A stretch of DNA of 38,530 bases from positions 1 through 38,530 of the IMG/VR virus record IMGVR_UViG_3300005662_000094; one strand, 5' to 3'. The stretch is from a virus (lineage: Duplodnaviria; Caudoviricetes). This document shows, piece after piece, positions 25,135 to 34,391 of the stretch. Under the pieces are notes generated by a model. It ran no database searches. It was not told the DNA's origin and saw only the letters and a list, made by a program, of their open reading frames with translations. Numbering within the stretch: position 1 is the stretch's first letter; the number at the start of each line of letters is the position of its first letter. The position numbers and the translations under genes were made by a program.

Positions 25135-28100
25135 TTATGCGTAATGGTTTCTCATATGCTCAACTGCCATACTAAGTCTTGTTACGACGATAGATGCCAG
25201 TTCTTCCGGGTCTTGTCCCGGTTGTTGATAGATGGTGATGGGGGCATTTACATTCATTCCTCCGAATCCCTCTGAGGAGTTCATTGTGTAGGTTGCGACT
25301 TTGGCGCCTACGGGCATCATTTGTCTTTCCCACTCTCTTGCTTTTTCTTTAGATGAGAAGAAAGCAGGGTCTGATGAGCCATAAGCCATGGCCACATGGA
25401 CATGGTTGTAGTGTCCAGATAAAGTATCTTGGCCCCAAAAACTATTAGGAACCACTCTACCGTTTTTTATTCCCCAACCTAGTGGAGTGTAAATAAGCTC
25501 TAGCAACCTGGACCCCATTGTTGATGCTATATGTTCTGCAAAAGCCATCATCTCTTTAGTTGGCCCATACCCATTAGAAAAATCCCTGGCCCTGTTCAAA
25601 CCGTGGTAACCATCGTCCCCTGGCCTATAGCTGGATGTTGTTCCCAATCCAAACATAGATGCTATTCCCTCCACTTCACCTAGAGAGCCTGCTCCAGAAC
25701 CCATAAAAGATGGGCCATCACCGGGTGGCAATGAGTCTAGGGGTGAAGGGAACGGTGAAGGTGCCCCATTGGTTTTCAGAGTAATACTAATCTGCTCCAA
25801 AGCAAATAACATACTATTTAGAATATCCAGCTTGTTGCTAATTACGAATAGCGCCGACTTTAGGTTGCCCAAGGTAGTTGCGGACGTTTGGGTATTTTTT
25901 GCGGTTTTGGCGGTTTCAGTTGCGGTTCTGGCGGTATTGGGGTTAATTTTTGTTATACCCGCTGCAGTTCTGATGTTAGATGTTACAGAGGCAGCCTCTT
26001 GGTTTGGTGTGGGGCTTCCGGGGGCGGGTTTGGGTGGTGTGGTCCCACTTGGTTTACCGCCCAATATGGCTTTGGCTTCTTCTATGTAGGCTTTTAATTC
26101 TACGATTCTGTAAATGTCAAGACCTTTTTTAGTATTAATATCTGCTTGGGCACCTGCAATACCTGATTTCAATGCACCAGACCCCCTTAAACTATCGTTA
26201 TAGGCATTGATTCTGGCCCTACTTGACATTTCCCCACGTTTGGCTTCATCAAAATCTTTCCAAGCCCCTGGCTGATTGAATTTCATTCTAACCCAAGCCA
26301 AAAGGGTAGCTAACCCCTTGAGTCCCATCTCTAGTGCCTGGAAAGCCAAAGTAAAAGGGGCCATGGCTATACCCATAGCATTTATTCCAGGAACTGCTTT
26401 ACCAAGAGCCCTACTCAAATCTCCGAATAATTTAAAAACGATCTCAACAGATTTCATCAACCCCTGGAAAGAACCCCAAATGTTCTTAAAAATCTCTGAC
26501 AGTGGTTTCTCCAACAGTTGCCCAAATTTAGCACCTAACACAGCACCGAGCAAAGGACCTACAATAGGAATCCACCCCAACAGCACCGACCCTATTGCAG
26601 CACCAATAGCCGGACCAGCACCAGATGCTAAGGAGTCAAAAATATTCTTCCCTTGGAATAGAGAAATTATAGTCTGCAACGCAGCACCAAAGAAAAGAAG
26701 TCTTCCAGAAAGCCCCCTAAAGGTTTCTCCGATTTTGGCTATGTTGGTGGCCGCTACCCCCCTAGCTAACCCACCCATATTAGCAGCCCCCCCCATAGCT
26801 AACCCCATTACCGACCGAGTCAACCCTAAGCCAACCGCCCTAGGGGCGCCAGAAATAGCACCCGGTATGCCCCTGACAGTAGCAGAAGCCCTAGCCATTA
26901 ACCTGGGGGCTGCCTCCAAGCCCCTCTCAATGAAGGTTCCAAGTCTACCGAATAAGGACAACAATCCGAAAGTAATAATCTGTTGAATGATGGGCATACC
27001 CACAGTCAATGCCGCCAGTATAGACATTTGCATGGGGGCAGCTTGGAATAAGGTTTGTATCGTATTACCAATTACCTTAAAGAGAGACTCAAATACCAAC
27101 TTAACTCCTTCAGACCCTTTCGTCGCTTTCCAACCTTCGGCCAAACCTTCGGCAAATGGACCTGTTGCCACAATGTTTGTAGCTCCGGCCATTATATCAC
27201 CTAGCATTTTGATGGTTGATCCAATGGCACCACCAACGGTTTTACCGAGGAAATATGGGAAGTCTGTTTGAAATAGTTTTGCGAATAGATCTTTAGTGAT
27301 CCCCGCCAAATCAGCATTTGGCTTCATTAATTTTTCCCTGACACCGTAGAAACCCTTTAAACCAAACTTATCGTCAAGGACCCTAATAAAATTAGTTAGA
27401 GCTAGGACAAAACCTCTTGCACCAGCCGTCTTCTTGATCGCTTGCCCCGCAGGGGAATTTAATCCCATACTATTGGCAATATTTTCGAATCCTTTGGTGT
27501 AGTAGATAAAATTCCTATAAAAATCTTGAGCCGCATTCATCATGGGCATCATCAGCTCAGCAATACCTCTTAGGGGGTCCCAAATTTGGGGCAGTATCGC
27601 CGTCAATTCACTAAGGGGTAAACCAAAACCTTTTATAATTCTGGAAATTATTTCAAACAAACTATAGTCTTCTTCCGCTGCCAATGCCGCATCTTTAACT
27701 ACTTGCCCTTGCTTATTTAGGTAACGACCATACTCATCAATTGATTTGCCAATTTTACCAAACTTTCTACCAAGGCCAAATAGACCTACCTCCGGGTCCA
27801 GGAAGGAAGATCTAAACGCTTCTATAAAACCACTTGTTGAGTTTTTATATGCTTGAATGACCTCATTCGGCAGAATCATGTCAAGCAATTCCATGACAAC
27901 TTTAACCCTTTCAGGCCCGCCAGCTTTTGTAGCTGCTAGCTTTTTCTGCATTTGGGGATCTTGGAATGCCCCTGTAAAAATAGGGTTGTTCCTAAATGCC
28001 ACATATTTTTGGAACATCTTGGGGCCAACATTCGGAGCATTAATCAATTGTTCGATAAGCTGAGGTGTCCCCAAAGGTGACTTGGTTGGGTTACCCATAC

Positions 28101-28959
28101 CAATTAGAACGGATTTCTCTGTTAGCTTCTGGATTAGAACTCCCAGGGAATCCATCTTATCGCCAACTTTTGCTCCAAATTCTTGACCCAGTTTTGTAAA
28201 TCCCTTCGGGTCATTACCCATTGCAGTCATTACTGTGTCAGAAAGCAACTTCCCTTGCTTAACGTAATCTTCAGTGGCCCCTGGTAAAGCAGCAGCAGAT
28301 TGTGCGAGCCTATAGTTGATTCTCTGAAGCTCCCTCATCGATGAAGAAAAGTTTGGGAACATATTCAGTCCCTTACGTTGACTGATGGCAAACAAACCCC
28401 CAGCAGCCTGAATGTCAGACATTTCATCTTTGATTCGTTCCCCAAATGCGCTAGCAAAATACTGGAAAGGCTTCTCCATCAGGTTGACACCCATCTGGAA
28501 ACCACTAAGTATAGCTCCGGAAATTGTGTTGGCAATCTGGTAGCCCATGATCTGTGATGCGAACCCGCCACCACCACCGTAACCGCCACCATATCCACCG
28601 TAGCCCCCACGACCACCACCTCGTCCACCGCCACCACCACCTCCACCTCCACCACCCCTACCCTGAGTTTGATTTAATCTCATGGCAGCGGCATTAGCAG
28701 CATTGACAGACCTGGTATAGGAATTCATTGCCGTAGTAGCTGCCCTTAATTGGGAAGCCCTAGAGGATAACGCATTACCAAAATTCCTGCTATTGGTCGT
28801 CAGTTGAGCCATCTGAGTATTCAGTGGCGCTACAGCTTGACCAAGAGTTTGGAAGTTTGTCCGTAGTTGATTTAGGGTATTGTTTATCCTATTTAGTTCG
28901 GGAGTAATATTATCAGTAAAATTCCCGATTAAAGTAAATTGTCTTTGTGTATTACTCAT
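25135..28959 (-). CDS. tail tape measure protein with C-terminal peptidase-like domain
   Basis: 1274 aa Ala/Gly-rich helical protein; 'SSYRPGDDGYHG...RDFS...HYNHVHVA'; terminal 'NVNAPITIYQQPGQDPEELA'. Confidence 0.85.
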   Translation of the reverse strand: MSNTQRQFTLIGNFTDNITPELNRINNTLNQLRTNFQTLGQAVAPLNTQMAQLTTNSRNFGNALSSRASQLRAATTAMNSYTRSVNAANAAAMRLNQTQGRGGGGGGGGGGGRGGGRGGYGGYGGGYGGGGGFASQIMGYQIANTISGAILSGFQMGVNLMEKPFQYFASAFGERIKDEMSDIQAAGGLFAISQRKGLNMFPNFSSSMRELQRINYRLAQSAAALPGATEDYVKQGKLLSDTVMTAMGNDPKGFTKLGQEFGAKVGDKMDSLGVLIQKLTEKSVLIGMGNPTKSPLGTPQLIEQLINAPNVGPKMFQKYVAFRNNPIFTGAFQDPQMQKKLAATKAGGPERVKVVMELLDMILPNEVIQAYKNSTSGFIEAFRSSFLDPEVGLFGLGRKFGKIGKSIDEYGRYLNKQGQVVKDAALAAEEDYSLFEIISRIIKGFGLPLSELTAILPQIWDPLRGIAELMMPMMNAAQDFYRNFIYYTKGFENIANSMGLNSPAGQAIKKTAGARGFVLALTNFIRVLDDKFGLKGFYGVREKLMKPNADLAGITKDLFAKLFQTDFPYFLGKTVGGAIGSTIKMLGDIMAGATNIVATGPFAEGLAEGWKATKGSEGVKLVFESLFKVIGNTIQTLFQAAPMQMSILAALTVGMPIIQQIITFGLLSLFGRLGTFIERGLEAAPRLMARASATVRGIPGAISGAPRAVGLGLTRSVMGLAMGGAANMGGLARGVAATNIAKIGETFRGLSGRLLFFGAALQTIISLFQGKNIFDSLASGAGPAIGAAIGSVLLGWIPIVGPLLGAVLGAKFGQLLEKPLSEIFKNIWGSFQGLMKSVEIVFKLFGDLSRALGKAVPGINAMGIAMAPFTLAFQALEMGLKGLATLLAWVRMKFNQPGAWKDFDEAKRGEMSSRARINAYNDSLRGSGALKSGIAGAQADINTKKGLDIYRIVELKAYIEEAKAILGGKPSGTTPPKPAPGSPTPNQEAASVTSNIRTAAGITKINPNTARTATETAKTAKNTQTSATTLGNLKSALFVISNKLDILNSMLFALEQISITLKTNGAPSPFPSPLDSLPPGDGPSFMGSGAGSLGEVEGIASMFGLGTTSSYRPGDDGYHGLNRARDFSNGYGPTKEMMAFAEHIASTMGSRLLELIYTPLGWGIKNGRVVPNSFWGQDTLSGHYNHVHVAMAYGSSDPAFFSSKEKAREWERQMMPVGAKVATYTMNSSEGFGGMNVNAPITIYQQPGQDPEELASIVVTRLSMAVEHMRNHYA
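28562..28660 (-). repeat. Gly-rich low-complexity coding tract (GGN repeats)
   Basis: Encodes GRGGGGGGGGGGGRGGGRGGYGGYGGGYGGGGG within the tape measure. Confidence 0.8.
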
Positions 28960-30392
28960 CTTGTTCCCCCTTGTCTTTGACTCCGGGGATCCACCCCACC
29001 CTCAACATTAGGGTTAGATGCCGGTGTTTGTACGCCCGCAGCTTGTCGGGCAGTTTCATTAGTACTGGAAAGTAATTTAGAAACAGCATCGGCCACAGCA
29101 GGTAGAATAGATGTTCTACCAAGCAACGCAACATTAGCAAGGTCCCTACCACTAGTAACCTGGTAAGGCGGTACCTGAACAAATGAAACATCAACCGTAG
29201 CCCTCGTCGTACTACCCGACAAGTCCCTCATCAATTCCTTTACATTAACACTCTTAATAACAAAGTACCCACCATCACCACCATTCAACCCATTTCCATA
29301 CAGCTTATTGTTTGCTTGGACGTAATAGACTGGGACTTTGATGTATTTGTTTTTGGTATCTAGAGTGAAATTCATTAAATTTTCTAATTTAGCAATTTTA
29401 TCCTCAACTGACCTACCCCTAGAGAAACCCTCCACGAGGGCATCTGACAGTGTAAGGTCCCTCATGCTTTTTGACCCTGAGATGACAGGTGGCTGGTTAG
29501 TACCAAACATGGGGACACGTTCAACCTGGGCCTCGCTGTTCCATGAGATACTTTCCGGGGCACAAATAAAGTTCCAACTACCTGAGAGTGATTCAGCAAG
29601 GGACACACTAAGGTCAGAATTTACAAAAAGATCCTCCAAAGGTATCCCCTCAGAACCGGATAAGTACTTAAAAAATTCCTCACTTCCCACTAGGGGAAAC
29701 TTACCTTTAAGATCGGGCAGAGACAAGGCAAGATCCATCTCCTTGGAGAAAGCGGCAGCCGTGTCAAAATTTGATGCCGCTATATAACCTCCTGACGTTT
29801 CAGCGAAGGTCTCCCTTACGTCCAAACTTGCTTTTGATTTTGGGTTAACTAGCCATGAAGCAGCCTCTCTAGCAGCTCCGGAAAAAGCAGGTATAATGGA
29901 AAAAGTCACATCAGGTCCATTTAATCCTTTTGTAAAAGTTGTCAATCCATAATTAGCTACGGGCTCATTGGCTGCACCCGGAAACCACCTACTGGGTTTC
30001 CCGCTACCTATTGCCCCCGCAGTTACATCTCCTAACAAATTCTGAAATACGTTACTAGCTGCAGTCTGAGCTAAATTTATCCCAATGTTCCCTAGAACTC
30101 CCCCCGCCCCAGAAGGGGTTAGGTTATCCGATAAAAATTGATTGAAAAGTTGCTCTGCTCCAGAAAGCGCACTCCTTCCAATCGATGGTAATATGTTATC
30201 ATATGCTGTAGCATTTATACCCAAAATCTTCTTCAGGGCAGGTAGAGGATCAGTTGCCAAATTCAAAGCAATGTTAATACCGGTCCCACCCAAAGTTTGA
30301 ACTATGTTATTTCCCAGGCTATTAATTGCCCCATTAGTCGTAATAGGGATTGTAGGGATCACCCCACCAGAAAAATTAGCCATCAGGACCAC
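28956..30392 (-). CDS. putative tail tube initiator / baseplate protein
   Basis: C-terminal 'APESISW...PPVISGSKSMRDLTL...FVIKSVNVKE...RATVDVSF' resembles contractile-tail tube-initiator domains; adjacent to the tape measure; start may be ATG 30383. Confidence 0.55.
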   Translation of the reverse strand: MVLMANFSGGVIPTIPITTNGAINSLGNNIVQTLGGTGINIALNLATDPLPALKKILGINATAYDNILPSIGRSALSGAEQLFNQFLSDNLTPSGAGGVLGNIGINLAQTAASNVFQNLLGDVTAGAIGSGKPSRWFPGAANEPVANYGLTTFTKGLNGPDVTFSIIPAFSGAAREAASWLVNPKSKASLDVRETFAETSGGYIAASNFDTAAAFSKEMDLALSLPDLKGKFPLVGSEEFFKYLSGSEGIPLEDLFVNSDLSVSLAESLSGSWNFICAPESISWNSEAQVERVPMFGTNQPPVISGSKSMRDLTLSDALVEGFSRGRSVEDKIAKLENLMNFTLDTKNKYIKVPVYYVQANNKLYGNGLNGGDGGYFVIKSVNVKELMRDLSGSTTRATVDVSFVQVPPYQVTSGRDLANVALLGRTSILPAVADAVSKLLSSTNETARQAAGVQTPASNPNVEGGVDPRSQRQGGTR

Positions 30393-31039
30393 CCCCTATG
30401 GCGCACTTTACGGTGTTGAGGTGACTTCTTCGTATTTTTGATGTCGGTGTTCTTTTCCAGGGAATCCAACGACTTCTCGTCCATTCTGTAAGTACACACC
30501 CACCCCTGCTCAGTGGGCAAAATCTCAAATAGAAACTTGTAGTTGTCATACTTAAAGGTGCCGGAAAAGGTCCCATCCTCATCTTGAAGGAAATTATTTT
30601 TTGGGGACGGAAAATTCCCGGACCTATCCCTTATCGTATCCACCTTCTCACCAAACACACTATAAATCACTGCTGACAAAACCTTCTGTACTCTTTCAGA
30701 CGAACTCAAATTATCTTCAACAAAGTCTAATGTTTCTCCACCGCCATTAGAAAAAATACCACCCAAGTCAAGGTGCTCTATTGATTCAGGGTCGGGCCAA
30801 AAATCAGGCTCCACCTTACTTAGCAATTCGATGGCTTCGTCTAGTTCCCAATTTTCTAACTCGCCATCCGTGGAAAACTTAGAAAAAGCCGACAGCAACG
30901 ATACATCCCCATCCTGAAAGCAATGGCTGAAATGCTCAGAGTAATTTTCAGGTACGCACTCAAAATCCCCATGACTTGCTTCGTAAAGAAGACGAGCCAT
31001 AGGGAGAGCTTTTGCGAGGTATGCTGAATCAGGGTTCAT
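30383..31039 (-). CDS. hypothetical acidic protein (218 aa)
   Basis: First gene of the tail operon; GGGTAA 26 nt upstream. Confidence 0.7.
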   Translation of the reverse strand: MNPDSAYLAKALPMARLLYEASHGDFECVPENYSEHFSHCFQDGDVSLLSAFSKFSTDGELENWELDEAIELLSKVEPDFWPDPESIEHLDLGGIFSNGGGETLDFVEDNLSSSERVQKVLSAVIYSVFGEKVDTIRDRSGNFPSPKNNFLQDEDGTFSGTFKYDNYKFLFEILPTEQGWVCTYRMDEKSLDSLEKNTDIKNTKKSPQHRKVRHRGWS

Positions 31040-31140
31040 TCATTGATGTTTATCTAATAGAGTTTTACCCCGTTGCCCTACCTATAGTTACCAGAATAAA
31101 ATACCAAGAGTCAAATGCCCAATATCAAATACCGGGCCCA

Positions 31141-32109
31141 TCATGTAGAAACTGGAATCTCCAGACAAATTTTGGCAAATGCCTTTACCGCTTGGTCGTA
31201 ATGATCGTTCCGAGTATTGTGCTCAGGGTTATTAACTTCAGAATAGAAGGTTTCACCCCATAACAACTTATCGATGTTCCATTTAGGGTTTGGTTCACAC
31301 AAGTCAAACAACTCGATAGGGCTACCTTTAACGGCATTATCACACATGTCACCAGCGGCAGCTTTGTGTTTTGCCAGTTCACTAGGATGCCCAATATCAA
31401 CCTTCATCTTATGTTTAGCCCATTCAGCTACGCCAATCTCCCCATTAAGTTGCTCCTGGATTTTCTCATTGGGGCGGCATACCCGTGTGTTTGAAAAGTA
31501 GATCTGATTCTCATCATCGCATAATTGAGTCCAGTCCCTATCTACGGTGTGAAGGAGGATTTGGCGTTTATGGACAACCTCGTCAGGTTTCCCCTTGTGG
31601 GATGCCCTACAGATACTGCCTGCTATGTCATCGGCCTCATAACCAAGGCGCCAAAACCACGGGAAATACATTTGACAGTAATTCCTGCCCTCATTATAAA
31701 CAAACCAGAAAGCTTCTGATTTTTCACTTCGTGTCCCCTTATAGTGAGTAGCAAGTTCCTTGACATCTACCCCTCCAGCAGCCGCATAATCGACCCAAGC
31801 TTGTTGAACTACTTTGGATTCTTTCATGAAATCATCCCTCCAGTAGTTGTTTGTTTCTGGATTGCGATAATCCGCAGCAAATACAATACGGTAAGGGTGT
31901 CTCTTCATGAATTGGGGGCCACGATTTACAAAAAGTGCCCAAGCTCCGCGAACCAGTTTCTTTTCGACTTCTTTACTGAAGAACCCTTCAATTTTTGATT
32001 CATACCACCCTAGAACAGCAAAGCACATTACGTTGAAGTCAATGACTAGCAAAGGGCTAGGAGAAGTCTTTAAGACGATAGTTTTTTCGAGTTTGGGCCT
32101 GTTTGTCAT
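31141..32109 (-). CDS. 5'-3' exonuclease / RNase H (FEN family)
   Basis: 'LVIDFN', 'YKGTR', 'YEADDIAG', 'TVDRDWTQL', 'GDMCDN'. Confidence 0.88.
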   Translation of the reverse strand: MTNRPKLEKTIVLKTSPSPLLVIDFNVMCFAVLGWYESKIEGFFSKEVEKKLVRGAWALFVNRGPQFMKRHPYRIVFAADYRNPETNNYWRDDFMKESKVVQQAWVDYAAAGGVDVKELATHYKGTRSEKSEAFWFVYNEGRNYCQMYFPWFWRLGYEADDIAGSICRASHKGKPDEVVHKRQILLHTVDRDWTQLCDDENQIYFSNTRVCRPNEKIQEQLNGEIGVAEWAKHKMKVDIGHPSELAKHKAAAGDMCDNAVKGSPIELFDLCEPNPKWNIDKLLWGETFYSEVNNPEHNTRNDHYDQAVKAFAKICLEIPVST

Positions 32110-32333
32110 CTTGGCATGGGTAGGTCAATGTAGTATGTTGGAAGTCCGACTTCCTGCTCTTGGAATCTAGAGTCTGGAAGGCTTAGCCACTCTCCGGATC
32201 GGAATTCCCACACATCGCAATCTACTATGGAGAAAGTTCCATCATTGGCGGGGAACGCTACGAGATAGTCTTTGTCTGTCGTGGGGTAATCTTCGGCGAT
32301 TTTCCAGAACCCTTTTACGATTTGATTGTTCAT
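32106..32333 (-). CDS. hypothetical protein (DUF551-like)
   Basis: 'WKIAEDYP...YLV...PTYYIDLP.P' pattern. Confidence 0.6.
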   Translation of the reverse strand: MNNQIVKGFWKIAEDYPTTDKDYLVAFPANDGTFSIVDCDVWEFRSGEWLSLPDSRFQEQEVGLPTYYIDLPMPR

Positions 32334-32365
32334 TTTTGATTAGTGATATTTAACTCCAGGAGAAA

Positions 32366-33127
32366 TTAAGGGCTGAGTCTCGCTTTATGGAGGCGCTTCT
32401 CCTTGTAATAATTCCAGACATTTGGGGCCCATTGTTCCATGTGGGGCTCAAAGGCATCGCAAAGGGCTTGAACTTCTATTTGGGCATCAAGTTTTGCCCT
32501 TAGGTCAATGAAATGCAAAATAGAGCGAAGATTGAATGAGACTACAAAGTTTTGCCGGATGGCTTGTGGCAGATAATCCCTTATATGTTCTTCGCACTTT
32601 CCTGATCTATAGTAGTCGGCATATTCCGAACATTCGTCTACGATTCTCTTCAGCTTTCTCTCCCGGTGTTCTTGCGTCCACTCATACTTCTTACCTTGGC
32701 GGTTTGTGTAAAACCCTGCAGGGCGGACATAGAAAACATCTTCTGCATCCAATAAGCCATCCGCCACCTTAACCACTCTTTTGCCGGTGTATCGCTGAGA
32801 TTGAACATCCCAAGAAGTCCCAATACGGTGAGTTCTACTCTGGACCATTACACTATGGACAAATCCAGCAACAGAAAAAGTAATCTGAGGGTGCTCAAGT
32901 GGCCCCCAGTGCCCCCTTTCATTGGCCAAAAGCTCCTTTACAATCCATTCACCACACTCTTGGGGAGATGGTGGCTTAATGTGGTGTATGGGAATTTCTG
33001 AGTAATCCCCCTTACCTGCTTGCCAAATGACAGTTTCAGTTAGTTGATAGCTATCCAACTTAACTACTTCTAATCTAGGATCCAGCAACAGTAAGTCACT
33101 TGATTTTATTGGTCTACTCATTTTCAA
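32366..33127 (-). CDS. thyX: flavin-dependent thymidylate synthase
   Basis: 'GHWGPLEH', 'RTHRIGTSWDVQSQRY', 'NLRS..HFIDLR...AQIE'. Confidence 0.93.
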   Translation of the reverse strand: MKMSRPIKSSDLLLLDPRLEVVKLDSYQLTETVIWQAGKGDYSEIPIHHIKPPSPQECGEWIVKELLANERGHWGPLEHPQITFSVAGFVHSVMVQSRTHRIGTSWDVQSQRYTGKRVVKVADGLLDAEDVFYVRPAGFYTNRQGKKYEWTQEHRERKLKRIVDECSEYADYYRSGKCEEHIRDYLPQAIRQNFVVSFNLRSILHFIDLRAKLDAQIEVQALCDAFEPHMEQWAPNVWNYYKEKRLHKARLSP

Positions 33128-33744
33128 AAATTCAGATCAATTTCATCTGCACTGGCTTCAGCCGGGTTGTATAACCCTGACATTAACTCTAGTACCTTCA
33201 AAGTAGAAAGGCAATCAGACATAGCATCGTGCGCCGGAAGTGCCGAGAGGTTTGGCAATCTTTGCCATTTAAATCCATCTTTCTTATCACTCCACTCTCC
33301 GCACCACTCCGAATATCTATCCATGGCACAGGATACTCCCGAAGTCTTAGGGGGTTCGAGGTTGTACTTTTTGTAAAGATGCCATAGAAGCTTCAAGTCA
33401 AAATCTGCATTGTAAGCAATAAGGTGCCTTCCATCGAGGATGAATGACAGCATTTTGGCGATTTGCGGAAAAATCGGGGCATCCATAACCATTTCATTGG
33501 TGATTCCATGGATGTCGATTAGCTCTTGTGATAGCGGTTTACTTGGCTTTACAAGCATGGAAAAAACCGGACGGCCCTGCATATTAATGACGGAGATTTG
33601 CACGACTTCGGTATCTGGGTCCTTGCTGAGGATGCCGGTAGTTTCAACGTCAAGAATCAAGGTTCTTCTATCACCTAGACGTTCTTTGGCCCAATTTTCT
33701 GAGTTTTTCTTAAACTCTGCTAGTTTTTCTTCGGATGGTTTCAT
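33124..33744 (-). CDS. DEDDh 3'-5' exonuclease
   Basis: 'LDVETTG', 'IHGIT', 'AYNADFD', 'HDAMSD'. Confidence 0.9.
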   Translation of the reverse strand: MKPSEEKLAEFKKNSENWAKERLGDRRTLILDVETTGILSKDPDTEVVQISVINMQGRPVFSMLVKPSKPLSQELIDIHGITNEMVMDAPIFPQIAKMLSFILDGRHLIAYNADFDLKLLWHLYKKYNLEPPKTSGVSCAMDRYSEWCGEWSDKKDGFKWQRLPNLSALPAHDAMSDCLSTLKVLELMSGLYNPAEASADEIDLNF

Positions 33745-33765
33745 TTTTGAGGTTTACTCATTCCC

Positions 33766-33793
33766 ATTGTAGCAAGTTGCCCCAGAAAGTCAA
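33766..33793 (-). promoter_or_regulatory. early-type promoter TTGACTTTC-N7-ACTTGCTACAAT
   Basis: Third copy of the conserved promoter. Confidence 0.75.
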
Positions 33794-33969
33794 TGCCCCC
33801 CTTCGTACTCTCTTCCGATTCGCTCTCTCCACTCTAAAACCTTAGTGAAAACATTGATCAGGTCCGTAGAGAAACCTCTTACGTGCTCTATTTCCTCGGG
33901 ACCATCCCATAAGTCAAACTCATAGTATTCTTTGCCGTTGGAGAAGCCGTTTTTAATTTCAATTCTCAT
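33790..33969 (-). CDS. small hypothetical protein (59 aa)
   Basis: MRIEIKNGFSNGKEYYEFDLWDGPEEIEH...; ATGA overlap with the upstream ORF. Confidence 0.65.
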   Translation of the reverse strand: MRIEIKNGFSNGKEYYEFDLWDGPEEIEHVRGFSTDLINVFTKVLEWRERIGREYEGGH

Positions 33970-34340
33970 AATGCAATCTTAGGTAGGATTCCGTAATCAG
34001 TTGACCCGTATAGGCCCCTATCAATTGATTTACCCCCCATTCTTCTGTAAGGGTAGACCAACCCGATAAATCTTATTCGCTCGTTTTGGTTAGGTAACTT
34101 ACCTATTTGCTGCAATTGCTTTTTAAGTATCCACATGTGGTCAATAGCTATAGATTCCCCAAATGGCACCGGGGTGACAATGAGGTTTACAAGTAAAATT
34201 GAATCAAGGTCTTTTCTCTTTTCATGGCATTTGAATTCTTTAACTCTGCCAGAGCATTCCACGGTGGTTCCATCTATAAATTCAAGGTCGGTTCTTTGTC
34301 GGATTACGGAGTTTGTCATAGTGCCACTCACTACAGTCAT
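33966..34340 (-). CDS. hypothetical protein
   Basis: ORF on the coding strand; true start may be ATG 34319 because a TATAAT overlaps 34340. Confidence 0.65.
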   Translation of the reverse strand: MTVVSGTMTNSVIRQRTDLEFIDGTTVECSGRVKEFKCHEKRKDLDSILLVNLIVTPVPFGESIAIDHMWILKKQLQQIGKLPNQNERIRFIGLVYPYRRMGGKSIDRGLYGSTDYGILPKIAL

Positions 34341-34391
34341 TATAGCACATGTAACTAAAGGGTAAAAGTATTATTAGCAAACCAGGAAACC

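Noticed and set aside
28562-28660. GGN repeat as a contingency locus or regulatory repeat
   Set aside because: In-frame, codon-varied Gly linker of a kind common in tape measure proteins.
416-31039. Recurring F/Y-x-E peptides in late proteins as prohead-protease sites
   Set aside because: The motif is too short to distinguish from chance without proteomics.
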